Shown here: piece by piece, positions 49,901 through 63,289 of the stretch
Layout of the letters: each line of letters opens with the position of its first letter
How positions within the stretch are numbered: position 1 is the first letter of the stretch
NCBI RefSeq assembly: GCF_018350175.1
Contig: NC_058368.1
Span: 167,402,001 to 167,466,000, forward strand
Direction of reading: 5' to 3'
DNA length: 64,000 bases
Source of the DNA: Felis catus
Taxonomy: Eukaryota
The notes under the pieces: generated by a model
The model's input: the letters and a program-made list of their open reading frames with translations, nothing else
The model's database searches: none
What the model was told of the DNA's origin: nothing
Translations under genes and position numbers: made by a program

Positions 49901-52900
49901 AATACAATACAGGAAGGTGTTATCGTGTAACCATACATCTTGGCACTGGCAATGAGGAATGAAGGGCTCACCTGCAATTCTCCCACCTACAGTGTCCCGG
50001 GATGGCTTTCACGTGCTGGAAAGTCTATCTCTAGGCCTCCAACTTTGTTACAAGGTGCCAGGCCTGTTGCTATCAAATGTTGGCTAATAGAAGGACCAGC
50101 ACTTTAACCTTACTAAATCTGCTGTGGAAGGAAAATTACTGATGTTGGGCCACTGTGCTCCAGCCGAGGGTCACTCCGCCTGAAGACAGAGGGCAGACTG
50201 GCAATTGTTCCAGAATGATGCTGGCTGACCTGCTAGTGGGAGGCGTAAGGAGAAGCCATGACGATCAAAGACGATGGAGTTGGGTGACTATTTAAAGCCA
50301 CTGTAAGAAAGGACAAAATTATGGCAACTCATAACTGTCCATGCTACAACCATTCAAGGGTTATTAAATTTCCATAAAAAGCATGGTTATTACAAGACTT
50401 CTGCCCCAGTGCTAAGGTAGTGATTGCGCAACGAGGTGACTTCCTGCTTATACACTAGGACTACACCTTACTAAGTAAACTCCAGGGCTAAGATGTTTAC
50501 CTGACCGTGGAATGACTACTTACACGCCACTGAAGCATATATCCTCAAGTTACTACCTGTGGCATTTATAACACGTTCCCTGTTGAGCCAAGGTGTCACA
50601 GTGGCGTGGTGAACAAATAGTCCTGTTTTCTTCCTGTAACTTATACGGTATTAAATGTTAATAATTAATTTGCCTTCGTGAAGTAACACACACGATCTTT
50701 TCAAACAGGTCCTGGTGTAACCTCACCCCACCCTTGTGAGATGGCTAATCATCTCATGCACTTCACACTTACCCAGCTCTCAGTATCACTGACCTTAGCT
50801 AGCTAAGTGTGAAACGGCAGATGGTTTGCAGTGCTCAGGAACGCCCTAGGAAAACTTGGCACAGGAAACTACAGAAGGTTTCTGATGGAGGATGGTGGCT
50901 TACCTGAACTTTCCAAGAAACTCAAGAAAAACAAAATGCCACTCCTGTCCACGTCAAAGGATTTGGTGAGGGTCCTGGGAGGCAAATACCGGGAGCTTTC
51001 GAGGCTTTCAGCAGCACAGTATTTTCAAAGGGTTTCAGAAGTTATTTTAATCTGCTGCATTGCTAAAAGGGGCACAGAGCCTGAAAGGCCACTATAATTT
51101 TTAAGGCTGCTCAAGGCCTATGTGAACAACACTATAACCTTGCCAAAGACTTCTGCATCTGAAGATAGATTTGTCTAGGGTATCCGCAACCTTATTACAT
51201 ATTTCCCACGAGAACATCCCACTTTGACCACCCCAAAGTGAGAAAGCCCTTTGGAATCTTCTCTTTGAGATACAGTACTTCAGAGTCTCAAAATGCCTAG
51301 GCTGAATGGTTTCTGGACCAAAGGGATGTTGTTAATTAATATCAACACTTTACAGATCCTTTACAATGTCTAATGTCGAAATATTTTACAAGAGTGAATT
51401 TCAAAGTGTGTTCATGTTTTTCACAGCATGGCACCTGTCTGAAATGGTAGAGTTTGAAAATCAATAAAACATGGATGGAAGATACCAGGGTAGCTTGAGA
51501 GTTTTTAAGGAACTACGCTCTTGAGAGGAAAACAGAGTACACAACTTACAATGAAAATATGTAAACCTTCACAAGTCTCTATTTTCCTAACTCCCTAGTG
51601 AAGGGATCCAGTGCTGTTTTACTGATAAACAAAGCCATCAACTGGCTTGTTGAGAGTTTCGAAACAGATTCTGCTATTCCTGCTGTTTCTCCCCTCTGGT
51701 TTAGTAAACCATAAAAAAAAAAAAAAAAAATGACCAGTTCAAGGAAAATATCTGAGTAGAATCCTTGGGGTGGGGGGTGGGAAACTTCATTACCTTTTCA
51801 TCAAGTCCAGTTTTTGGAAATTTTATGTGTCAGGATTGTTTTTACTCTAACTTCCTAAATAAATATTTTATTCTTAGTCCATTTAGTTGCTTTAAAAAAT
51901 GTTTATTCTGTCTCTCTCCCCTCTCACTCAAAGAAACATCCAAACCATGTTGTTACTGTGTAACAGAGGCATGTTCTCTCCATGTTTATTATTATATCTT
52001 GACTCCTTCACAAAACGATTTGATATAGTTCATAGCTAAGAATCAGCCATGAAGAAACCATTAAACCTTAGACAACTTAAAGACAAAAACAAAACAAAAA
52101 TAAAAACACAACCAATATAAAATAGGCAATTATTTATAATGCAAAAAGGCTATGACTGTTTCTTGAGCAAGTATTACTGTGTGCCAGGTGGTGCGCCAGG
52201 TGGCACAGCAGCAGGAACAGGAGAGACTGAATGGCAACTGAACACAAAACCTAGCTGAGCTTCCAAGTGGCTGAAACAAAAAGTGAAACACAATGTATCA
52301 CACAGTTTCAGAAGGGAGGCTACCACCTTATCAAGAAAGTTTTTCTTGGTAAGAGGAGAAACTTAGCGAATAGTCCACATATATATGAGATACTAAACAT
52401 AATGTTGGTATTAAATGCAAGTGTTTTTGTACGTATCTTAAGGCTTCTTCTTCTTCTTTTTCTAAAACAGATCAGATAATTTGTAATGTTGTAAACTAAG
52501 CAATAACAGAGTATCATCTGGAGAAACCCTAACCTTTCCGGGCTGTCTACAGGTGCAGATCTACACCTAAAAAGTTCATGTGTAGACTAAAAGAGTAGGA
52601 AAGGGCAGGTGGGAAAAGGTCTTTCTTTATATAAGGTATTACTGCTCTTGAAAACTGTCGATATCATATTTGTAATTGTAAAAGAATCTCTGGCAATTAC
52701 ATTTATTACATTCTTTTGTTTTTTCAAGTGTCTTTTGGTTATTTATTTATTTCTCTATATAATCTTACTTTCTTTTGGGTGGACCTGATAGTAATAATCA
52801 AGCCACCTGGTGAAAGGTGTCTAAGGGTGTGGCTTGACTTTCTACCTGAACTGCTTCCTTTTCATAAGATGGTTCTTATGTGACTAATCTAGGCCACAAT

Positions 52901-53196
52901 ATAGGAATATAATTTTTTTTTAATATTTAGGTAAGAGTAAATGTCTCTAGATCTTTAATTATATAGTGCTTTATTTGCTAAATTATGCAAATCGATACTC
53001 CCTAAATCAAATACATACCTACTGTAAAGAGAGTTCCCCCTTGGTTTTGAAATTCACTTTAACAAGCTATCAATCAGAGGCTGATATTTAGAGGCAGCAT
53101 AACTGATTGGTAGCAGTGGGATTTCTGGCCATTTTTCGTGATAACCACCGTGATATAGGAACAGGTTTTCAAGCCCTAGGAAGACTAAAGCCTGAC

Positions 53197-53227
<31 letters not shown>

Positions 53228-54167
53228 CAGATATATAATGCCATGATAGAAATACTACTCATTATGTCCTACCTAATAATCCACATGTGCCTCATCACAC
53301 AGCTGTTTGTTACACCCTGTTGCCAAAGAAACCTCCTTGCTTCTCTTCCTCATCTAGCAATTAATATGCACATCAAGCACAGTGGCCAGACATCCACAGA
53401 GAAAGAAGAGGCAGGCAGGGGATCTACAGGCATAAAGACCTAGGCCAATAATATTCTCAGCATTATTCGGGAATGTTTAGTTGCTTGCTCAAATTCATCA
53501 TTAACAAAGGGCCTATTTCCCAAAGGTTTGCACTGTGTAATTAGCAGCAACAAACACTGCCCCTGCTCAGGTCAACCTATGGGATTAGTTACAAAGGTTT
53601 TGTAAATTTCAGAAGATATCTACACAGATGTCTGGGAAAAAACACACAAACACACAGAACAGCATAATGGATGCAGCCACAGCCATTAAGTAGTTTAGGA
53701 TTTGTGAGACTCAGACAACCAATACATTTTATGGGGGAAGTCATAAAAGTCAGACAGGAAAAAATATACAGCATGAAAGTTGCAAACTTCTAGACAGCAA
53801 GTAAAAAATGCTGAAAAGTGGCAGGGGCAAAGGAATAAACATACCAACCAGAGCTCATCAGTCTAAATGAATAAGACAGGGTCACCTGAGTTTACTTCTG
53901 GAACCAATAGAAGTCTCTTAGTATTTAATTATTTTTCTAAAAGATTGAACTTTTTTCATGCCCCCATTTACTGTTGCCATTAGACAGGTTCATACTTCAT
54001 TAGTCTGCTTTCTAAAATGTAACTTTCATTTTATTTATGAAGTTTTTATACTTCTCTAAGGCTGCTCCCAAAACATAATTAAGCAATGCTCACCTTTCAA
54101 TCTGAAAGGCAGACTATACTAAAAGAGATGCAAATACATGTTGACAATTCATATCGATGAAAAGGAC

Positions 54168-54237
54168 TCAAATCATCACATGTACACTTTAAATATCTTA
54201 CAATTCTGTCAATTATACCTCCATAAAGATGAAAAAT
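54168..54237 (+). mobile_element. Old L1 3'-UTR terminal fragment (L1MA9/L1MB-like)
   Basis: tcaaatcatcacatgtacactttaaatatcttacaattctgtcaattatacctccataaagatgaaaaa. Confidence 0.7.
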
Positions 54238-54924
54238 GCCTTAAAGAAAGTAATTTTAATTCTAATGAAAATAATTTGTTAAGTGATGGGGTCTGAAATA
54301 ATATTGCAAACAAAAGTTAAGGCTAATGACCTCATCTTAATGAATTACTCCAGTTTGTAAAGATTTGTTCATCCTGAGTAAATATAAATAGCATTGCTCA
54401 TTTTTTAAGATGGTTATTAGTGCTTAAAGAAGTTTGCAACTTTCAATTCAGAAGTCAAAATTATTTCTTGGTTGCCAACAAAATTAATTAATAAAATGCC
54501 TCTCACCCCAGGGTAAATACGTAAGCAAGTGCATGGCAATGGATAATAAAAATAGCACTTCCTTCTACATCTGGTGCTAATTAAAATCTGGTCAGAGTAA
54601 TAATTGAGCAGTGCCCAGGCTACCCTTGATTTTTCTTGTCAGATTTCAATTGTTCGACACAAATGCACTGACCTCAAAAAATGAAAACATTAAAAAAATC
54701 CTAAGTTATAGCTATCCTTATTCAGGATAAAAAGTGATTCACTGTCACCAGAGGGTTTAGAGGTTACAGGAGACTTAAGTGTTCTAGGGAATCACTCACT
54801 ACCACTGTTGCTCATGAATCAGAACGCACCAGGAGGTCCATGAGGCTATTCTTCAGAGGTTTCCCCATCAACTACATACTCTCTCCCTACAGAAATCCCA
54901 ATTAAAGCAAAAACATAATATTTT

Positions 54925-55100
54925 CTAACATACACTGAGTATGTGCTAGACAGTCTACAAAGCGTTTTACTGTGCTATCTCAAATCTTCACAACATCCTG
55001 ATGGGGTAGGATCATTACTGTCCCCATCTTACAGATAAGGAAACTAAGTCTCAGATAATCTGATTCCAGAATCCTCATTCTTGGTTTGCACACGATATTA
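54925..55100 (-). mobile_element. MIR SINE
   Basis: aatcttcacaacatcctgatggggtaggatcattactgtccccatcttacagataaggaaactaagtctcaga. Confidence 0.85.
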
Positions 55101-55692
55101 AAGTAATAGGAAAAAAAAAAAAAAGTATACCAATATATTTTGAAAAACAAGATAAAGGAAATAGGGTTTCCAGAGAACTGAAAGAGTACTGATTGAATTC
55201 TACAGTGCGATTACTAAAACCTGCTTGCTTATATCAGGTTTTTAATGTTATTAGAAAATAGAGTAATACTTATTTCCCTGTCCAAAGTGCCCTACAGATA
55301 TGCTTCATACATACAAGGCTTTTGTGAAATTGTAAAAGCTAACATGACTACTATTTTGATTTGTTTGTTTAATGAAATGTACTCTAATGCTCAAATTATT
55401 TTTCCATAAATCAACATATTGTTAGAACTGTCTGCATTTTTATCCAATCAACATTCACTCTTTTTATTTAAAATAAAATTCAATCCCATCTGTGTGAACT
55501 TACATCTTGTCCTATGAAATGGTACAAAGATGTATCAGAGATGCTCTGTGTTCCTAAGGAGTTTAATGCCAATTATCAAATTTCAACTATAATTTATGGT
55601 AGAATATAATAAGGGTTAGAATTTAATTGTTTTTAATGTAATGCACCAGGCTACATGTAAAGGTATGTCCTAGGTACTATATGATAGACACA

Positions 55693-55823
55693 TTTTTAAG
55701 TTTATTTATTTACTTTTGGGGGGAGGGTAGAGAGAAAGGGAGGGAGAGGGAGAGACGGAGAGAGGGAGAGAGAGAGAGGGAGAGAGGGAGAGAGGAAGGG
55801 AGAGAGAGAGGGAGGGAGGGAGG

Positions 55824-55861
<38 letters not shown>

Positions 55862-55986
55862 CCAAATAGGCTCTGCACTATCAGTGCAGAGCCCGGTGTG
55901 AGGCTTGAAATCACGAACCATGAGATCATGACCTGAGCCAAGATCAAGAGTCGGATGCTGAACCGACTGAGTAACCCAGGTGCTCC
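55693..55986 (-). mobile_element. Can-SINE with greatly expanded GA/GGGA tract
   Basis: ttaagtttatttatttactttt, ~140-nt purine tract, then gagatcatgacctgagccaagatcaagagtcggatgctgaaccgactgagtaacccaggtgctcc. Confidence 0.95.
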
Positions 55987-56029
55987 ATGTATGATGAATA
56001 TTAAGACTAAGGATACAGATTCTTCCCTC

Positions 56030-56960
56030 CAAAGCTTTTGACTGGGGAAGAAGTGTCTAATAAACCCGTTATATGAATACCTGGTTCCCTTTGACAAAAA
56101 AGGGAGAAGCATAAAAGGCCAACAAAGCCTTAAAGAAGAGCTTCATGGGGACATTCTCAGAAACCACAATTAAAAAAGAACCCGATTGCTGAGAAATTGA
56201 GAAGACTAAGCCTGAGTGGGAGGACCCAGAAGTAAAGAGTGAACTGAGATGGAATAAAGGGCCAGATTGAAAGGAGCTTTGGATGCCATTAATCATGAAC
56301 CATCTTGACTCTGTTATGACAAGAAGTGATCTTATGCTTACCAGTGTATTCAGATTTGTGACTGGGAAAGCAATTCTGATGAACAGAGTGGGGAGAAAGA
56401 TTCTTGGAGTGAGCAGTCCAGGGAAGACCAATTGCTGGCTATGCACAAAGGCCTGGTGAGGGTGGAGGGACAGTGGGGAAGCTGACCTCACAGGACGGGT
56501 GACTGCTTGGAAGTGAGCAGAAAGGAGAACTTGGAAATGACTGAAATCTGAATCAAAGGAAGGAGGAGAGATGGCCCCAAAAGACAGGACGAAATGAGAA
56601 GAAGTCACCTGGGCAGACAAGAGAAGTAGGTGTGGTGACAGACTTGTCGAGTTTGAGGAGCTGATGGGGGACATCCTGAAGAGTCATGCATTTAATTCAT
56701 TCAGCATATATTTGTTGAATTCCTACTACATGGCAGGCACTGTTCTAGAATCTAGGGATACAACAGTGAACAAAACAGACCTAAGAGATATGCAGCAGGC
56801 AGCAAGGAGTTTGCATTTCTTGCTAAGAGGCAAAAGCCAGGAATAAGGGCTAAGAAGTGTCCAGCTGTAAATAAGGAAGCCCTATAGCCTTCCTGGATTC
56901 AGAAGAGTTTCAAAGAGGGAGAAGATAAGCTACACATTGAATGACAGAGTGGGGTGGGGG
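56030..56960 (-). mobile_element. Decayed L2 sequence, including a nested L2 3' end at ~56685-56782
   Basis: gggccagattgaaaggagctttggatgcca, gtccagggaagaccaattg, and catttaattcattcagcatatatttgttgaattcctactacatggcaggcactgttctagaatctagggatacaacagtgaacaaaacagac. Confidence 0.7.
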
Positions 56961-57148
56961 TGACAACTGGCTCAAGGAAAATTGAGATCAGTGGATCTGA
57001 TAAAAAAGATGTCTTCAGTTACTGCTGAGACAGCTTTCTCCCTAGGGCTGGCCAGCATCCAGTGAGGAAGAGATAGTAACAAGTGTGCCTTTAAGAAGTT
57101 TGATGATGAAATAAAAAGAAAGAAGATGGTATTTTTATGTCCAGTTTT

Positions 57149-57528
57149 TGTTAAAAAAGAAAAAAAAAGACAACAGGCTAAAAATAGAGTCACATGTGCT
57201 AAACCCACACCACCAAACCAAGACTGATACCTAACATAATTGCAGTTCCAATCTCTCCTAGGAATGACAGCCATCTTAAACCAGTCCGTCTGGAATTTCC
57301 AGGTCAGCACCAGTGAAGAAATCCACCTGATGGACTCCTTCCACCCCCTAAAGAAAGATGAGGCGATCTGCTCTTTCCTTGCCTCCGTCCCCTTCGGCCA
57401 ATAAAGGTTCCCCATTTTGTTCAGTTCATTGGAACTCCTTTCTATTTGCTAGATGGGATGCTGCCTGATTCATGAATCATTGAAAAAAACCCATTTGATC
57501 TTTCAATTTACTCAGTTGAATTTTAACA
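57149..57528 (+). mobile_element. Solo LTR of an ERV1-class endogenous retrovirus (380 bp)
   Basis: Termini TGTTAAAA...TTTTAACA form a perfect 8-bp inverted repeat with TG...CA ends; 4-bp TTTT on both flanks. Internal text (aaaatagagtcac..gtgctaa, cagcaccagtga, gctagatgggatgctgcctgattcatgaatcattgaa) resembles MER34-related carnivore LTRs. Family not determined. Confidence 0.85.
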
Positions 57529-58529
57529 TTTTATACCTGGTTCTCTGAGAGCACAGGAAGTAGTGACCCATTCTACGACCTGGGAATGCTTATGGGAGGG
57601 AGCAGGAATGCTCCTGGTTTTGGGACACATGAAGAGAGGCAGAAAAGAGATGATGGAGACTCAGAGTTACATCAGAGTTCACCTCCTCTCTTAATAACAT
57701 ATTTCTAAGTTAAATCTGCAAAAAGATAAAATGTGCTACATTAGAAAAAGAAAAGCTTACTATTCTAGTCTCCATTAAATAAATATAGTTATCTGTTATT
57801 TGGGAAATAAAAACAGAGTCTTGGCTGGTCCTCCACTCAGAAAACATGCGACTTTAGGACAAGCAAACAGTAAATCTCTTGTTTGAACCAGGGCATGAGA
57901 AGTGGAGCGTGACAGGTGCCCCACCCCACCCTCACTCTGGGTCCTCCCAGCCTGCTCTAGGGAAGGACCCAACTCCTGGGAAACAAATTAAAGATGCATC
58001 CACTGAATTGGTCCTGACCACTGTGGGGGCTGCCAGAGTGCTCGGAGCAGCAGCAGGGATTCCTCTGGGCCTTGTCATGACATCATTTGTGCAATGTAGT
58101 CTGTGATGGCAGAAAATGAAGCTGGTATTTATACAGGGTATTAGAGGAGGACCCTCCCGCGCCAGGCTTAAGATGACAAAATGTCAGCCTCAATCATCTG
58201 ACAGGCTTTGGTCTCCCTCTGTAACCTCTTTCTTTTTGGCTGCTCTTTTTTTATATACATATGACACGAACAGAAAAATAAATTGAAAAGGGCACTGAGG
58301 CAGAGTGTATTTCACGCACTGGTGCCAATGTTTCATATCTCATGAACCTCGGGAAAACAATTCGTAGAACTAATTAGTTTACAGTGTTTAAGCAGCTTGT
58401 TCCTCGTCTTTAATCTTCTTTATGTAATACTGTGAACAAAGCCATATTATCTTCTGATTTTTTTATACAGTTTAACAAATATAATCTCCCCTTTCTTTCT
58501 AGAGATTACTTCATTTAGACATCAAACTA

Positions 58530-58564
<35 letters not shown>
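58530..58564. repeat. (GTT)11 trinucleotide repeat
   Basis: Direct reading. Confidence 0.95.
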
Positions 58565-60025
58565 CTTCCTGGGGAGAAGGGATATAAATAAATTGACATC
58601 CATTCACATAGGTCTCAATGGTCTAGGAGATCCACCCAAACCCTAATCCTCTTTGTTGTCATGGAATCTACCTGGCTTAATTATATTTACAGTTGTCAAC
58701 CACACCTCGTGGCACGCAGATTTTTCCTGAACCCTGCACATCTGCCTGAATCCTGGCTATAAGTCACATCTAGGCTGCTGTCTCTTTCTCAGATCCTGGC
58801 TGATGACAAGGCAATCCGTGCCTTGCCTGAAACTAAGCATCAGGTCCCTTAAAGAACAGAGTCCTGTGAAATCTCCCCTCAGGAATTTTTACGGCCCACT
58901 GAAGGAACATGATTTAAGGGCCCTCATGACCTAAACCCAAGTGAATGGAAATAGATACATGTCTGCACAAATTAGTTGTGGGGGTGGAGAATCAAGAAAG
59001 TACAGAAACTTTAACCTGGGAAAGTTTTATCTTAAAATACGGCTCATCAAGTATGACTTTTAAGAGAAACTAAACCTTTTGGTGCTTTCCTGTTCTAGAA
59101 AGCTATTTAATTGCTAAGCTTCTGTGGCTATGATATATTAGTCAGAAAGTAGGCAACTGAACTTCAAGAACTGGTTAAGGCTAGTGTTGAAATAATCACT
59201 CATCTGGTGGGTGATACAAAACCATGTGCAGTACTAACGATTTGACATAGCGTCAATCTCTGAGCAAGACCCTTTACAAGTGCCAGAAAACCCACTCCAG
59301 ACTTTTATTTATACTTTGAATCCACATTATTAAAGAGATGTTATGGTTTCGGTAAAGCAAAGTACTAGGGGCAAATTTTTATTTTGCTTGCCTGAGAACT
59401 CTTTACTGTCCCAGGGTACCGATCTGCCTTAAAGTTCACTCTGTCCTTAATTGTCAAGCAGATTCATGGTAACTCCTAATTAGTGCAAAACAGGAAACAC
59501 AGCTGCGACTCTGCAACACCTTTAGCATCTATATCAAGCTGAGCTCAGGAGCTCTCTCTGCTCCCCCATCAAGGTTAATGGTCTTGAATCTTCTGAGAAT
59601 AATGGAATAGGTGCCCACATTGAGAGGAGATGCCTGGTTTTCCAAACCGTTGCTTCCACTACTAACAGAGTCAGCGTAAGAAGTTGCCAGCTTTCAGCAA
59701 CGAGAACACAGGAGCAACGACTCTCTCACTGCACGGTCTCCAGATCATGTTGAGGATCTGATTCAGAACTGATAGGGATGTTTCAAATGAATCCAATGCA
59801 ACAGACGTTGTGCATGTAGACACAGGGGACATGGAGGGACTTGTCAAAATGCTCCAGTGGCACCAGATGTTCTCCTGAGGATTCTTCTAAGTCTAAGATA
59901 CATGAGTCAATGACACAAACTAGGTAATTGTGCCACGATTCTACTCTCAGAGCTTCAGCACCAGAGTAAGACTATTAGGAAACCCGACTCTGCCACTTCC
60001 CTGATTTATGACCTCAGGTGACATA

Positions 60026-60356
60026 CAGTTGACCTTTGAAGAAGAGGAGTCTGAAGTGCCCGGGTCCACAGGCACATGGATTTTTTTTTCAATGCAGTAC
60101 AATAAAAGTACTTTCCTCTTCTTTTTTTTTTAATAGCATATTCTTTTCTTTACCTTCCTTTATTGTACGAATTTACAGTATATATTACACATAACATGTA
60201 GAAGAGGTATGAATCAACTGTTCATGCTATTGGCAAGGCTTCTGGTCAATAGTAACTATTAAAGTTTTGGGGGAGTCAAAAGTTATAGGTGGATTTTCGA
60301 CTATGCAGGGGGAGGAGGTTGGCACCCCTAACCACAAGTTGTTCAAGGGTCACCTG
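60026..60356 (+). mobile_element. Tigger2a-like (TcMar-Tigger) non-autonomous DNA transposon with both ends
   Basis: Terminal inverted repeats cagttgacctttgaagaa / ttgttcaagggtcacctg; TA duplication at 60024-60025 and 60357-60358; internal ttttgggggagtcaaaagttata..tggattttcgact. Confidence 0.92.
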
Positions 60357-62099
60357 TAATTAAATGGGATGGTGGTTAAAGATCAGAGATGGGGCACCTG
60401 AAGCCCAGGGCAACTAGGTAGGATGCAGGGAAGATGACGAGCCATTACTGTCGTGACGGTTAGGACCATTCTGCATTTGAGACAGCAGTGTGTGCAAGCA
60501 AAGGAAGTATACACAGAAGCAATGGAGGTATGCACAGAAGAGGACATATTATCTGAAAAATAAAGGCACCAAGGAGAATGAACAAGTAGAAAAAGAAGAT
60601 GGGAAAGACAGGGACAAAAACTTCAGGAGGAATGGAATGACGAGGTAGAAGAAAAAAAGGAAAACAGTAGGAAATAAACATCTGAGAAGAGGGTTTGAGT
60701 TCCTCACCCTGTTCTTTTCCCTTGCACTTCTACTCAAATCCCTCTTCTGCATCTACGCTCCGTGGCTACTTCGGACCAGCTTCTACTTGCAGCAGTCTTG
60801 AGGCAGAAATGACTAGAGAACAGAAGCTTCCCTCTTAGCCATGAAGGATGAAAAACATCCAAATGCAAATTCAACGTAGAAAAGAAAGCAGGACTATACA
60901 TACTCTTCACATTAGCAAACTCTCATGCAGACATGGAAGCCAGCAAGTAACCCCCTGAGGTGTGCTCGTATAATGTAAGTGTTTCACGTTTGCAGGATGA
61001 CCGAGCAGCAGCCAGCCCTGTTACTACTGAATGGATCTCTCCTTTTTTCAGGGCATAAAATGTGTGCGGTAGAACTGGTCCTTGAGAAAGAGTGAATTGA
61101 TCTGTTAGCTTTTTTAGTTGGGTCAAAAATAATTATTGCCATACCTCTTTCCTATGGATTATGCTCAAAAGCTACAGATACTCACTTAGTCTGTCTTTAT
61201 TCTATGGGGAACTCATCGGAAGCAGGGTGTGCTTCACTGACTCTCACTTATTTTAAAAGTCAGGCTTAGTAGGCAAGAAAAAGTCAAAAAGATTGATCAA
61301 GAAAGGATGAAATGTGCAGTCTGGGTAAGCAAACACTGTTTCAGATAAAGTGCTCCATGGGTCTCAACCTCACCTTCCACAGCATATGAATTCATTTTGC
61401 GATACTCCTTTTTTAAGCGAGATCTTTGTGTGCTTATTTTCAACAGGGGACAGCGATTGATTTGTTTTCTATTGAACCTCGCCAACTGGATGCTGAATAG
61501 AGGATGGCATATTTAGATGCCCTCAAACTTTCACATTCACCTTTAAAATGTGCCAAGGCAATGCCACATTCAGGGTAAATGCTGTGCAATTTTTTGTTAG
61601 GCCGGGACGAGAAATGAGGGTCCCACAGGCAAAATGACATTAAAGGCTTTACAGTAAGACAGACTCCAACCTCCACTGATTCATTTTAGTTCAAATCAAA
61701 CTCCAATCATCTGATGGACATGAAATCTGAAACAAAAACGAATCAGGTGATTCCTGAGTGGGTGTGTAAAAAAGTACCGAGGCCCAGATAGAAAAAAGTC
61801 AAACCTGCCAAATTCAACCCAATGTTTTTTCACAAGCACCCGCTTAGCTTCCGGGCTTGTCCTTCAGTGTCAGGACCCATGAGAGGCCGTAAAAGTAAAC
61901 AGACGTAGAAGACACAAACGCATCCTGGAGAACTTACCAGGTTCAGGCAGCTAGAGAAACAAGACACACCTATAAGAAATTAGTAGAGGATTCTAAGCAG
62001 ATTCATTATTAAATAGTACCAAGTGTATCAGGTAATATACAGAAATCCTGAGGAAATTAAAAAAGAAAAAAGACAATAGATGATGGAGTGGCAGGGGTC

Positions 62100-62422
62100 T
62101 GTAGCATCCACACACACCCATGTTCTTTGGAGCACACGCGAGTGTTGTAACACCCTCCCACCTTATAGTTGGGCAGAGCTGTGAGCAAAAGGGAGGCAAG
62201 TCACTTGGGGACTGAAGCAACACCTTCATGTTCTCCAGCATGGAAGCAGGTGTTGAGATGACAAAGCCACAATTCTGAAGCAGCCTCACTGAGGCTGCGA
62301 TCGCTGAATGGATCACTGAATCTCAGCATGGAGAACACCTGCAATAAGAAATAACCTTGCGATGCCTCTGAGATCCCGGGCTGTTTGTTACTGCAGCGCA
62401 ACCTACCCTGTCCTGAAAGATA
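62100..62422 (+). mobile_element. Old MLT1 (J/K-like) MaLR LTR
   Basis: catggaagcaggtgttgagatg...agccaca...tggatcactgaatc...aagaaataacctt...cctctgagat...gctgtttgttactgcagcgcaacctaccctgtcctga. Confidence 0.75.
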
Positions 62423-62569
62423 GATGTGGACCAACGCAGGGAAGATGTAGGGGAAGTGACACCGAAAATGACTTTAGGATCTCCTCATTGCCTTTTCCCC
62501 TCCGGCTGGGACTATTCGAACACTCTTGCCTCCAGCGTCTCTCAATCAAATCCTCTACGCTGCTGCCAG

Positions 62570-63085
62570 GGCATTCTAAGACCCACATCCATTCATACAG
62601 GTGTTGAAAGATCCAGGTGGATTTCCCTGACACAAAAAAATAAAGAACTCCTTGGCACAGGAGTCAAGGCCCATGATAATCTGCCTCCCAGATTTCGCCA
62701 GTGCTGTTTTTGCCCACTAGCTCCCCTGCTATATTCCTGCTACCAGCTTCCGGATGGAGCCACATTTTCCATTCTCCTGTGCCTCCATGAACTGCTTCCT
62801 ACTGTTTCTGTCTATAATGCTCTCCCCTCCCTCTTCTCCTTGGTGAGCGCCTAATCAACTTCTGGCAAGGTTCCCTTCCTCCGCCGGGCCTTCATCTCCT
62901 CTGTGTTCTCTCAGCACGTGGTGCATTCTGTTATAACACAACACACCGTTCCTTGTCTCTGTCTCCTCCCACTAGATGGTGAGTTGCTCACGGCAGGGAC
63001 TGATTCATTTTTGTTTCCCCCAGAGTACTTAGCACAGCATCTGACAAGCAGTTGATATTTGCTGAAATAATGAATGAGTAAAGGA
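62570..63085 (+). mobile_element. L2 3' portion
   Basis: aaggcccatgataatctgcc...tgtctctgtctcctcccactagatggtgagttgctcacggcagggactg...cttagcacagcatctgaca...tatttgctgaaataatgaatga. Confidence 0.8.
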
Positions 63086-63289
63086 AGGAAGGAATGTGTG
63101 AATGGATGTGTTCATGACGGTATTAGGCAGAAGACAGGAGCAGGGAGGTCTGTTGGATAGTAGTAAAACAAATTTAAGCGGCTAGGATGGTGTCAAATTA
63201 TGAAGACTGGGAATTTTTTATTTGATTCAAAACGTGATAGGGAGTCATTATAACTTCTTGAACAGAGAAATGATTAGAATTTTGTTCAG

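Noticed and set aside
56069..56674. Longest ORF in the track (201 aa, minus strand)
   Set aside because: Ser/Leu/Phe-rich translation of decayed L2 sequence; no recognisable domain or splice context.
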